64,000 bases of DNA. Origin: Candidatus Bathyarchaeota archaeon (lineage in GTDB: Archaea; Thermoproteota; Bathyarchaeia; TCS64). The position numbers and the translations under genes are program-made. The stretch is from contig JAFGHP010000091.1 in assembly GCA_016930055.1 (NCBI GenBank), forward strand, positions 2,187-66,186, read 5' to 3'. This document shows positions 1 to 9,001 of the stretch, piece after piece. How positions within the stretch are numbered: position 1 is the stretch's first letter; every line of letters starts with the position of its first letter. The notes beneath the pieces were generated by a model. That model made no database searches and was not told the origin of the DNA. It saw only the letters and a program-made list of their open reading frames with translations.

Positions 1-1057
1 CTTCGATTAATTTCTGCGTCACGCGCCATTTACTTGAAGGAATTTTGTTAAATGTACCTGTCCCTGAGCAGGGTGGATCAAGAATAATAAGATTAACTTC
101 TTCGGTAGGAATCTTATAATCACTAGTAGCATCAACTAGCATTGATTCTGCGTTAGTTACTCCCATCTTATTTATAAGTCTCTTCCATGAGGCAAGCCTC
201 CTTGAATTTGAGTCAATTGATATAATCTTGCCCTGGTTACTCATAATTGCAGCGAGATGACTTGTTTTAACACCGGGGGCAGCACAGACATCAAGTACAA
301 TATCATTTTGTTTAGGTGCAGCAACCTCACTCACAAGTATACTAGCTTTATCCTGAAGAATGAAAATACCCTCCCTATAGGGTTTAGTGCTTGTTAGACC
401 CGTTGAGTCTCCGAGTAAACAATAAGTGTGATTGAGTTCAGGTACAACCTTAAACTGAAAACCTTTGCTTGTAAGCCAATTAATGACTGCATCGTCTCCT
501 TTCAATTGATTTACACGAACGTATTTGGGGGCGTCAATTGGCTGGATAAGATCAGCTGCAGTTTGTTCATCAAAGGTTCTATAAAGATAATTCACATACC
601 AAAGGGGAAGGAAGTTTTTATACGCTAATTTTTCCTCCCTGCTTAGTTGACCCCAAGGAATTTTTAGAGATGAAATCAGATTAATAGTAGTCAATATTGA
701 TTTGAGTTTTTTATCATCTAAAACATTCCTTATTTGATTAATAAACTGTTGACTTTCAATGTGAGAACATTCAGTATAGTGTATCATATAGGTGTAGAGT
801 CTAAGAAAACTCCTAAGACCAACTTCTAAACGCTCAAGAAGATGTGATTCAAGAGTTAAGTTGATCAGGTAGTCAATTGTATTTTTCCTTTTTAATACAG
901 CGTATAGAATATTACTTGCTTGGTTTGAGACTTCGTTGTTCTTGATTTTGAGCTTTTTGAATGTCTTTCTGAGCGCTGAGTCTTCATTCTTTCCATCCAA
1001 CTCAACCCAGTTGAGAGCTTCAAGAGCTACAAACCAAGCTTCACTCAAAATAGTCAC
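1..1057 (-). CDS. NOL1/NOP2/Sun-family RNA cytosine-C5 methyltransferase, truncated at the window start. It begins with a GTG start near 1057. The C-terminus and stop codon lie outside the window.
   Basis: The reverse-strand translation gives a NusB-like N-terminus (VTILSEAWFVALEALNWV...). The SAM motif DVCAAPGVKTS and the catalytic motif ILDPPCSGTGT are both present. The ORF track omits it because the stop is off-window. Confidence 0.75.
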   Translation of the reverse strand, partial: MTILSEAWFVALEALNWVELDGKNEDSALRKTFKKLKIKNNEVSNQASNILYAVLKRKNTIDYLINLTLESHLLERLEVGLRSFLRLYTYMIHYTECSHIESQQFINQIRNVLDDKKLKSILTTINLISSLKIPWGQLSREEKLAYKNFLPLWYVNYLYRTFDEQTAADLIQPIDAPKYVRVNQLKGDDAVINWLTSKGFQFKVVPELNHTYCLLGDSTGLTSTKPYREGIFILQDKASILVSEVAAPKQNDIVLDVCAAPGVKTSHLAAIMSNQGKIISIDSNSRRLASWKRLINKMGVTNAESMLVDATSDYKIPTEEVNLIILDPPCSGTGTFNKIPSSKWRVTQKLIE

Positions 1058-1163
1058 TGATCTATTAGAATGTAATAATGGAGGTATAGAATAAATATTA
1101 ATATTTGAAGTTTTAATCTGTGTTTAAGTTATTCTATATGCGAAAATATTGAATAATTTTAAT

Positions 1164-1418
1164 TTAATAAGGTATACTCCAATGGCTAAATCTATCATTA
1201 GATACCCAAAATCCACCTATTTGTTTAACTTTTTTATTAAATCTACTCCACTCCGATCTTGTCAACCTTTGTGGCTTAACAGTAATATAACCTGACTTTT
1301 GCATTAGTACAGTGACTTTAGTCATCAAGTCTTGGGGTAGATAACTTTTTACCTCTATAAGTATTGATTTTGAAGACCCAATTTTGTAGCTTTTTTTTAG
1401 ATCATTTATTTGATACAT
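1164..1418 (-). CDS. Hypothetical small protein of 84 aa.
   Basis: ORF only. No motif recognised. Confidence 0.35.
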   Translation of the reverse strand: MYQINDLKKSYKIGSSKSILIEVKSYLPQDLMTKVTVLMQKSGYITVKPQRLTRSEWSRFNKKVKQIGGFWVSNDRFSHWSIPY

Positions 1419-1444
1419 TTTAGTTACTTTCCATACGACAGATA

Positions 1445-1966
1445 TTAACCACTTTTAGATAAAAATCCCCGCGCTTTCTTTGAGATCTGGCGTCTATCTC
1501 TTCTTCCAGTAATGATCTCGTTATGTTTTAAAACTCTTTGAATGCTTTTATCAAGCTTCATTATAGCTAAATACTCTTTTTTTGATCCCATAATTAAGTT
1601 AAGCTCGGGTTTATAATAGTTAATCATGTTTTCGAAGGTCTTCTCTTGAATAGTTTTCCCTGTCATGAGATGGAACCTTTTTTCTCTTGCATTACTTATT
1701 AACTGTTTTTTCTTTAATAAACGTGATTCCCGGTCTATGTAAGCCTGTTTGAGTTCAGAGTCTCTATTGTACTTCATGTACTTGATATCTTTCAATACCC
1801 TCCATCTATCAACCCCCATTTTTTCAGCAATCTCTAATGGTGTTAGATCTTGGTCAATTCCTTCTAGGATCATCATTCGACGCTCTTCTGGACTACTTAT
1901 TTCATTTATCATTTTTCTTTCATCTCCTCCTAAATAAAAAACTATTAATCGTAAACTCCTCACCAA
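1445..1966 (-). CDS. HTH-domain protein with a sigma-70 region-4-like or terminase-small-like helix-turn-helix. Possibly derived from a mobile element.
   Basis: The segment SSPEERRMMILEGIDQDLTPLEIAEKMGVDRWRV resembles a region-4-type HTH. The rest of the protein is basic and Lys/Arg-rich. Confidence 0.4.
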   Translation of the reverse strand: MVRSLRLIVFYLGGDERKMINEISSPEERRMMILEGIDQDLTPLEIAEKMGVDRWRVLKDIKYMKYNRDSELKQAYIDRESRLLKKKQLISNAREKRFHLMTGKTIQEKTFENMINYYKPELNLIMGSKKEYLAIMKLDKSIQRVLKHNEIITGRRDRRQISKKARGFLSKSG

Positions 1967-2026
1967 CTCTATTTAATGGTATATGTGAGGAAAGGTCGAA
2001 TCCCTTATACCCATTTTTAACCTAAT

Positions 2027-2181
2027 TATTTCATGTCTAAATTTATCTCTGTGACCCACTTCTCAACAGCTTCTTCGACAGCTTTCGAGAGGTCGCCTTT
2101 TTTTCCACCAAATCTCTCAATCGTTTTAAACCTTAGTTTCTTCTCAAGCTCGTCCGTGATTAATACACTGATTCGACCCAT
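2027..2181 (-). pseudogene. Ribbon-helix-helix (CopG/RHH) small protein that appears interrupted by a frameshift in a T6/A6 homopolymer.
   Basis: As sequenced the frame gives MGRISVLITDELEKKLRFKTIERFGGKK.... After a +1 shift in the A6 tract at about 2095-2100 it continues GDLSKAVEEAVEKWVTEINLDMK. Together that is a clean beta-alpha-alpha RHH pattern. Confidence 0.3.
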
Positions 2182-2914
2182 CTTTATCTCAACTTTAATT
2201 TTTTAACCAGCACTCGCTAGATATTCTTCCAGTAAGCAAAGTAGTTTATTTTCAGAGTTTCTTTTCTTCTTGTTTTCATTCATCATTCACCTTGCTTATC
2301 CACAAGTACAATTATGTGTATAATCACTTATAAAGATATGTTACTAGATCAATAAGAAAATATGTGTTTATTGGATTTATTTATTTTTTAACGTCTTTTG
2401 ACGTAATTAAAAGCTTTAAGATAAATATTAGAAACTTTAGTTAATAAATGGAGAAGAACATCAATTGGACATTTTTAGCTGGATTCTTATAGCCTTCGGA
2501 ATTATAATTGGAGTACTAATAGTCAGAGAACAAATAACAAAGAGGATGATGAAGAAGAGCTCAACTAATGGTATTAGATAGAATAACTATAAGGATCAGT
2601 GACTTGTTAAAAAACCAAGTTATAAGGTTTCAAGACCTAAAAATTAATTATGATATAGTAATAAATATGGATCCTATCTGGGAAAAGGTCGAAAGCATTA
2701 TTGTCTGAGGCTTAGCTTCATATGAGATGAGAGATATCTTAATAGTGATCTGTTCAAGAGAAAAAGGTTCAATATACACAGAGGTTGTCTGAGAGCTGGA
2801 ACGACCAAGATTTAATAGTCAGCATCAAAGGTTGTTAATTCATCAAACTTGTAAATAAATAATAAATATCAATTTTACTACGGTTTCTGTAGACCTTATG
2901 GAGAAGATTTAGGT

Positions 2915-3274
2915 TTGAGTGCATATGACTTATCCATTAAAAAAGTAGCTGAGACATCTGAAATACCTATAGGAAAAATGAAGGTTGTTAAGATGAAAGA
3001 GAAGGACATACTTGTAGCTAATGTTAACGGAAATTTCTATGCGATAGATAATCACTGTACCCATGAAGGTGGAAACCTTTCTAAAGGTTCACTAGATGGT
3101 AATATTGTAACCTGTCCTCTTCATGGTTCAAAATTTGATGTAACCACTGGAAAAGACCTCTCTAAACCCAAATCCTGGTTCCAAACACACAAAACCATAG
3201 ACACAAAAACTTATGAAGTAAAAGTTAAGGGAAATGACATTCTAGTATACCAACGAAGTTCATGGGGTGTGTAA
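2915..3274 (+). CDS. Rieske [2Fe-2S] domain protein.
   Basis: The CTHEGG box and the CPLHGSKF box are the CxH...CxxH Rieske ligands. Confidence 0.8.
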   Translation: MSAYDLSIKKVAETSEIPIGKMKVVKMKEKDILVANVNGNFYAIDNHCTHEGGNLSKGSLDGNIVTCPLHGSKFDVTTGKDLSKPKSWFQTHKTIDTKTYEVKVKGNDILVYQRSSWGV

Positions 3275-3683
3275 TACTATATCGATAAATAAGTCAATTA
3301 ACAAGATTGTTTTCTCCACCCATCCTTAATAATTCCTTTTTTGGTTTTGGGTTATAATTTTTATTTTTTTTTATTTATATTAAATAGTGAGATAAGCTAT
3401 TAATTACAAAATTTATTTAATAAGCTACTTAATTGTTGAAGTGAATCATAATTAATACTTAGCAATTTACATAATATTTATTGTTAAGATAATTTTTGGG
3501 TGCCTTTATAAAGTATCCAATAAAATAAGTATATTCAAAACCCCTGTTGAAAAACGGTAAAAAAAGGGTTAAAATCTTAAAACAGCATAAAAAACATGCT
3601 CACGAAGAGGAAGATCCCTGATAACATGGATTGAAATAGAGATATGCTTAAAGACGAGGGGGGACATGTCCCTTTAGACTTTA

Positions 3684-3971
3684 ATGTTAACTAGTAAGCA
3701 AAGACAGAATCTTAAAAGTTTGGCTCATTCATTGGATCCAGTTATTCGTATTGGTAAGAATGGTTTAACAGAGCAGAGTTTAGTTACTATTGAAAAAGCG
3801 TTAGCTGATCATCAGTTGATTAAGATAAAATTTCTTGATTTTAAAGATGAGAAAAATAATTTTATTAAAAGTATTGAAGAGCGTACTGATGCGGTGCTTA
3901 TAGAGGTTATAGGAAATGTAGTAATTTTATTTAAGGAAAATCCAGACTCTGAGAAGCAACTAATTTATTAA
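3684..3971 (+). CDS. YhbY/CRM-domain RNA-binding protein.
   Basis: KQRQNLKSLAHSLDPVIRIGKNGLT... is the CRS1/YhbY signature. Confidence 0.7.
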   Translation: MLTSKQRQNLKSLAHSLDPVIRIGKNGLTEQSLVTIEKALADHQLIKIKFLDFKDEKNNFIKSIEERTDAVLIEVIGNVVILFKENPDSEKQLIY

Positions 3972-4023
3972 ATTATTAGGTTACAATTTTAAATAACTCA
4001 AGTATATTTTAAATGAATATTTA

Positions 4024-4491
4024 ATGAAGTTCGACCAAAAAGACTTGAAAATCATTCGAAGTTTGCAGCGTGATGCTAGAATAAATTTTGCCGAAATAGC
4101 CAAAGAATGTGATGTTTCTATAGATACGGTGATTAAACGTTTTAATCGGCTTAAAAAAAATGGTATAGTTAAGGGAACAACGATTCTTATTAATCCTAGA
4201 TTACTAAATTTTGAATGTATAGCTAGTTTCGAGGTTGATGTAGATCCAGGAGAGTTAGCATCGGTTATAGTACAAGTGAGGGAACAACCGGGAATAATAT
4301 TTTGTACTGCTACTGTTGGGATGCATAATATGTTTGCTGTTTCACTACAGAAATCAATGAAGGACCTGAGTAGTTTAAAGGAAAATCTGAAAGCCCTTAC
4401 CCATGTTCGAGATATTCAGACCAGTATTTGGGTTGAGGAAATTTTGCTGTGCCCACAAAATTTTGAGTTAGATAAACTTACAAAGAGGTGA
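4024..4491 (+). CDS. Lrp/AsnC-family transcriptional regulator.
   Basis: N-terminal HTH (LDxxDxxILxxLQxDAR-like segment) followed by a RAM domain. It sits in tandem with the next gene. Confidence 0.85.
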   Translation: MKFDQKDLKIIRSLQRDARINFAEIAKECDVSIDTVIKRFNRLKKNGIVKGTTILINPRLLNFECIASFEVDVDPGELASVIVQVREQPGIIFCTATVGMHNMFAVSLQKSMKDLSSLKENLKALTHVRDIQTSIWVEEILLCPQNFELDKLTKR

Positions 4492-4495
4492 TTTT

Positions 4496-4954
4496 TTGGA
4501 AGATGTAGATAAAAAAATTTTGGAAGAACTAACAAAAGATGCTAGAACAAGTTTCAGAAAAATCGCTAAAATGATTGATAAATCTCCTGATACAATTATT
4601 AATCATTACGAAAAATTAAAAAAAATCGGTCTGATTAGGGGGTCTACTATCATTGTTAATCCTCAAAGAATAAATTATGAAGGTATGGCCGCTTTCCAGA
4701 TTGATGTTTCAACTGATAAAACTAAAAAAATTGACATAAATAATATTCTTGATACATTGATTAAAATGCCAAACATTATAATGGCTACAAAAACTGTTGG
4801 TGACCATGATCTTTTAGCTATTGGTGTAATTCATGATTTTGATCATTTGATGAAGATAAATGAAGAGATATCTGAGATTAAAGGAATAAAAAACATTCAA
4901 ACATCTCTTTGGGCTAGTGGTGAAGAGATTTGTTCAAAATATTTTATTGTTTAA
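4496..4954 (+). CDS. Lrp/AsnC-family transcriptional regulator, second copy.
   Basis: Same architecture as the preceding gene, with a 4-nt gap between them. Confidence 0.85.
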   Translation: MEDVDKKILEELTKDARTSFRKIAKMIDKSPDTIINHYEKLKKIGLIRGSTIIVNPQRINYEGMAAFQIDVSTDKTKKIDINNILDTLIKMPNIIMATKTVGDHDLLAIGVIHDFDHLMKINEEISEIKGIKNIQTSLWASGEEICSKYFIV

Positions 4955-5546
4955 ATGCAGCCATAACTGTATATCCACTTTTCTTTTCAAGAACTTCATA
5001 ACTTCCAAAGTATTTTACTAAGTAATCAGACAATCTTTTTCCACCTTTATTAGATTGAACCACCAATTGTAAACTTCCTTTGGGTTCTAGATGAGAATCT
5101 GCACCATATATTAAAGGCTCAATAACTTTTTTCATTCCGGAAGATATTGGTGGATTACTTAATACAACATTAAAAAGAATATTTTTGACAGGCTCATAAA
5201 GGTCACCCTGTAATATCTTAATTTTATTTAAATCATTTAGTTTAATATTTTCATTTGTTAATTCAATTGCCCTCATATTCAAATCAGTCATCCAAATATT
5301 GAGGTCAGGATTTAATTTGGCTGCAACAATACCTATTGGACCATATCCACATCCAATATCTAATAAATTACCTTTTTTAGGTAAAACCATTGTTTCAATC
5401 AGTATTCTAGTCCCATTATCAATTCTTTTAGGACTGAAAACCCCTGAATTTGTTATAAACTGAAAACTGTTACCACGCAATGTACATTTTAAAAGACCTC
5501 GCCTCTCTTTCGAAGTAGGTTTTATTGTGTAATAATGTTCAGACAC
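4944..5546 (-). CDS. Class I SAM-dependent methyltransferase with a small MTS domain, RsmC/MJ0882-like.
   Basis: Motif I is DIGCGYGPIG. The NPP motif is VVLSNPPI. Confidence 0.7.
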   Translation of the reverse strand: MSEHYYTIKPTSKERRGLLKCTLRGNSFQFITNSGVFSPKRIDNGTRILIETMVLPKKGNLLDIGCGYGPIGIVAAKLNPDLNIWMTDLNMRAIELTNENIKLNDLNKIKILQGDLYEPVKNILFNVVLSNPPISSGMKKVIEPLIYGADSHLEPKGSLQLVVQSNKGGKRLSDYLVKYFGSYEVLEKKSGYTVMAAFKQ

Positions 5547-5549
5547 GGG

Positions 5550-6530
5550 TCACCACGTTTTAGGGTATGTTCCTCTTATCATTATCACTCTTTCAGGCGA
5601 TGCAGCTATACCATGATCTGCTTTAAGCATATCATCACTTGACATTTCTGCACGCATTAATGATATTGCTTCGTCTCTTTGAGTCATAACTGCTACTAGT
5701 CCATTAAGTTCAATTCCAGACTCGAACCTGAGAATTCCTGGCATCGCTAGTTGTGCACCAGTACAAATTGCTTCAACTGCGGAATCTCGAATCCATATAT
5801 GAGGCAATAAACTCAAAGCATCTTCAATTGGATAAATCATTTTCATTAAAGGTTTTTCATCACCTTCTTTCATTAAATCTAAAGCATCAACTAAGTCATA
5901 AAACGTAACAGCTTGAGACTCAATAAAAGGACCACTTCTTGTACGTCTCAATTCATGCATATGAGCACCACAACCCAAAAGTTCTCCAACATCTGCACAT
6001 AGTTTTCTTATATATGTACCACTTTGGCAACTTACCTTAAATAACCAGTTTCTACCATCACCCTCCAAATAATCAATGTTATAAATTGTTCTTATCCTAA
6101 GACGTCTACTTACAGCTGATCTAAGGGGAGGCCTTTGATATATTTCACCGATAAATAGTTTAAGAGTATTAACCACCTGGTTTTCGCTTACATTTTCATG
6201 CGTTCGCATTATTGTCACATATTCTTTTCCAGAGTCTAATAATGCTTGAACAATTTTTGTTGAATCCTCAAGACACACAGGTAGAACACCGGTTACATTA
6301 GGATCTAATGTACCACCATGACCCACATGATCTATCTCCATTAATTTCTTAATCCACGCAGCAACTTCGTGACTTGTTGGTCCAGGTACTTTATCAATAA
6401 TTATCAACCCACGTTTTATTTTTTGCTGAAGATTACGTTGCTCAGGAGGAAGACCCAAATTTAAATTAACATCTTCTTCTGCACGTGCATAAATCGTTCT
6501 TTTATTCTCCCAAGCAGGTTTAATTAACAT
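5550..6530 (-). CDS. cbf5: tRNA/rRNA pseudouridine synthase Cbf5, of the TruB family with a PUA domain.
   Basis: HVGHGGTLDP is the TruB catalytic Asp motif. A C-terminal PUA region is present and the length fits. Confidence 0.9.
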   Translation of the reverse strand: MLIKPAWENKRTIYARAEEDVNLNLGLPPEQRNLQQKIKRGLIIIDKVPGPTSHEVAAWIKKLMEIDHVGHGGTLDPNVTGVLPVCLEDSTKIVQALLDSGKEYVTIMRTHENVSENQVVNTLKLFIGEIYQRPPLRSAVSRRLRIRTIYNIDYLEGDGRNWLFKVSCQSGTYIRKLCADVGELLGCGAHMHELRRTRSGPFIESQAVTFYDLVDALDLMKEGDEKPLMKMIYPIEDALSLLPHIWIRDSAVEAICTGAQLAMPGILRFESGIELNGLVAVMTQRDEAISLMRAEMSSDDMLKADHGIAASPERVIMIRGTYPKTW

Positions 6531-6658
6531 CTATATCGAAACCAGAATTGCCACCCACATCTATAAGCATGGCGAAATTTTTAATAAAAAACTACTATGA
6601 TCAAGCTTTTAAACGAAAACATAATTAACAAAATCAATAAAAAATTTAAAAAAATTAA

Positions 6659-7429
6659 TCATTTAGAAATTTTTGTATGTAGTTTAGGTTCCCCCTTGAT
6701 TTTCTTAACTAATTTTAATGCACTTTCAACTGCCTCATCGGGACCATCAATAAGAAAAATTTTACAACCTTCTGCACCTTCGATTCCTCCTCCACCTATT
6801 GGTATAACTTCAACCCCAAAAAGTTCTTTAAAAGCTTCCATTTCGGTAATAACAACACCTTGAATTACCATCATTCCACATTTTAAATTCAATGATACAT
6901 CGATTTTGGTTTTTCCTATTCGAGGAACAATGCTATCTAAACTTATTGGAACTAGCTTCTCAAGACCTGCTGGGATAATGGTTGTTACACCATTTGCAGT
7001 TAAATGACCCCAAACAGATCCTATGGTTCCCCCACCTACGCCGTTAAGTAAGATTCCAGCTGCCCCAAAAGGATCTATTGCATTTGCGCCTTTAATAAAA
7101 ACATCATTTAGTCCCATTTTTGCAGCGTATTCACATAATTCACTGTTTTTAACAGTCTTACTTTTCCCTTTCTCTATCACATATGGATCAAGACGAGACT
7201 TAGGGTCCGTAATGTTTAACCCATTCTCTGTGACAACACCTGCTGTATACAACCCTTTTTCTTTAATTTCCTTCTCAAGAAGCTCTTCTACAACATAAGC
7301 ATTTGTTGTACCTGTAGCAATAACCACTATTCCTTCCTCTTTTGCTATCTGGATTAAATCCATTTGAGCAATCGCCTTAGCTATTAATCTTTTACCTTCA
7401 GCAGGCGTGAGTGAAACTTCCGCTAACAA
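6659..7429 (-). CDS. Conserved hypothetical protein with glycine-rich loops.
   Basis: Gly-rich loops GVGGGTIGSVWG and IPIGGGGIEG are present. No family confidently recognised. Confidence 0.4.
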   Translation of the reverse strand: MLAEVSLTPAEGKRLIAKAIAQMDLIQIAKEEGIVVIATGTTNAYVVEELLEKEIKEKGLYTAGVVTENGLNITDPKSRLDPYVIEKGKSKTVKNSELCEYAAKMGLNDVFIKGANAIDPFGAAGILLNGVGGGTIGSVWGHLTANGVTTIIPAGLEKLVPISLDSIVPRIGKTKIDVSLNLKCGMMVIQGVVITEMEAFKELFGVEVIPIGGGGIEGAEGCKIFLIDGPDEAVESALKLVKKIKGEPKLHTKISK

Positions 7430-7658
7430 TCAGTTTCCTCCAAATATGATTTTAAAAGGGAAAGAGACCATAAAAACTTAGCTGAAGAAATATTTTACAA
7501 AAATAAAAGGGAAAAATTGTTGTAATACCATAAGACCAAGATAATATGTGACATTATTGTTCACTGTCCCTAATTGAGTTAAACTCGTTAAGATGGGATC
7601 GTTTTTTCCCTTGTATTGTCCCTAGAGAGTCAATGTAAACAGACGAAAAAAAGTAGCA

Positions 7659-8456
7659 TTATACAGCATTTTGCTCGGCTAATGCTTCAGAAAAAATTTC
7701 ACCAAATTCTGTTAAACTAATCACTTTCATTTTACTACCTTTCTCAGCATCGATTAAACCCTTAAGTTCTAGTCTATTCACTATTCGGCTAAACCTGTTC
7801 CTTAAAGTACTTGAAGCAGCTTTATAACCGAACCATCTAATGATGTCACTAATTGATTCAGCTTCTCCTCCATTTTCACGTAAAAGAACCAACAATTTTT
7901 TTTCACGTTCCCATTCTTTTTCCTCATGTTTAGTACTAGGTTCTAGTCTATATCCTGGGAGCTGAATTTCTGTTGGCTCTCTACTAGGTTGGTTTCTTGC
8001 ATTTTCGAACCAAATATTGAATTTTTCGTCCCCAATTTGACCATTGACATACCAAGCAGGTTTATCTGATGAAACAGAATAAACACGGGCATTTCTAAAC
8101 ATAAGAGCCACAGTTAAGGCTACGCCCTGTGTAATATTAGTAGTACTTGTAACATCAATTAATACTTCTTCACCTGCTGCTCTTGCTTTACTAACCACAC
8201 TGTATAATACTTTGAATGCAGATCTATGATTCATTGGGTCATACCCAAGCATTTCTGGGTCCAGAATTTCGAGTTTATCTTTTAATTCTTCAGCGTTTTT
8301 ATGACTCATGTAACTAAATACACCCGTTTCATCATTTGCTTGAACATTACTATATAGTAAATACAAGTTAGTAATTCCATGTATTTTGCTCCAATAGCGT
8401 ATTCCATCAAAATGGCGACGGAAATAAGTACCTACAAGACAGATGATGATTGTCAT
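7659..8456 (-). CDS. Putative transcriptional regulator with an N-terminal Rossmann-like sensor domain (possibly CARF-like) and a C-terminal winged HTH.
   Basis: The C-terminus LLVLLRENGGEAESISDIIRWFGY...RLELKGLIDAEKG is wHTH-like. The layout resembles Csa3, but no CRISPR is nearby. Confidence 0.4.
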   Translation of the reverse strand: MTIIICLVGTYFRRHFDGIRYWSKIHGITNLYLLYSNVQANDETGVFSYMSHKNAEELKDKLEILDPEMLGYDPMNHRSAFKVLYSVVSKARAAGEEVLIDVTSTTNITQGVALTVALMFRNARVYSVSSDKPAWYVNGQIGDEKFNIWFENARNQPSREPTEIQLPGYRLEPSTKHEEKEWEREKKLLVLLRENGGEAESISDIIRWFGYKAASSTLRNRFSRIVNRLELKGLIDAEKGSKMKVISLTEFGEIFSEALAEQNAV

Positions 8457-8709
8457 ATTTGATCAGGTTTCTCCTGATTTTAATGAATTAAATATAATAC
8501 TGGATTAATATATAAGTTATTCTAGACATTATATATTTATTTGTATATTATTACATTTATTTAAGACAATCATCATTATTATCATATAATATTTAATTGT
8601 TCTAAAAAACATTATTATTAGTATTATAAAATTAATAATTATATTTAATTAGAACGATTATCGAATATTTTCCTATCTAGTTTAATGTTCTCCATCGGAG
8701 GTACTATAA

Positions 8710-8982
8710 ATGACACAAACAAACTCTGCTTTAAGGATTTACTCCCTTCCTGATTGTCCAAAATGTGATGTTTTAAAAAAATGGTTAAAGAATCAAGATA
8801 TAATTTTTGAAAGCAAATGGTTTGATACGGAAGCTCAGACAGAGTTTGTTATGAAAAATATGTTTGGAAACCCCCCTATTTTAGAGTTAAATGAAAAATG
8901 TGTATCTGCAGAGGAAATGTTTCCTGAGGGGATATTAAATGAAATTGTTGTGAGGGAGCTGCTTGGGATTGAAGAAGGGTAA
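8710..8982 (+). CDS. NrdH/glutaredoxin-like redoxin.
   Basis: The DCPKCD active-site motif sits in a thioredoxin-fold-sized protein. It lies immediately upstream of nrdD. Confidence 0.6.
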   Translation: MTQTNSALRIYSLPDCPKCDVLKKWLKNQDIIFESKWFDTEAQTEFVMKNMFGNPPILELNEKCVSAEEMFPEGILNEIVVRELLGIEEG

Positions 8983-9001
8983 AGATCTACCCCCAGGTCA
9001 A

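Noticed and set aside
1749-2025. Two 62-aa plus-strand ORFs opposite the HTH gene.
   Set aside because: They overlap the better-supported minus-strand ORF and are hydrophobic low-complexity. They are probably spurious.
1164-2300. Integrated provirus or plasmid at the 5' cassette.
   Set aside because: No integrase, capsid or terminase large subunit and no att repeats are visible in the window. It is treated only as a possible remnant.
2540-2600. C-box-like ATGATGA at about 2549 in the ORF-poor spacer; considered as a C/D box sRNA.
   Set aside because: There is no properly spaced D/D' CUGA boxes or terminal stem. The motif also lies inside a possible 38-aa TM mini-ORF (2465..2581).
8963-9001. 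TTG start for nrdD proposed by the ORF tool, overlapping the upstream redoxin gene by 20 nt.
   Set aside because: The in-frame ATG at 9002 with sensible spacing is more plausible. The true start is unverified.
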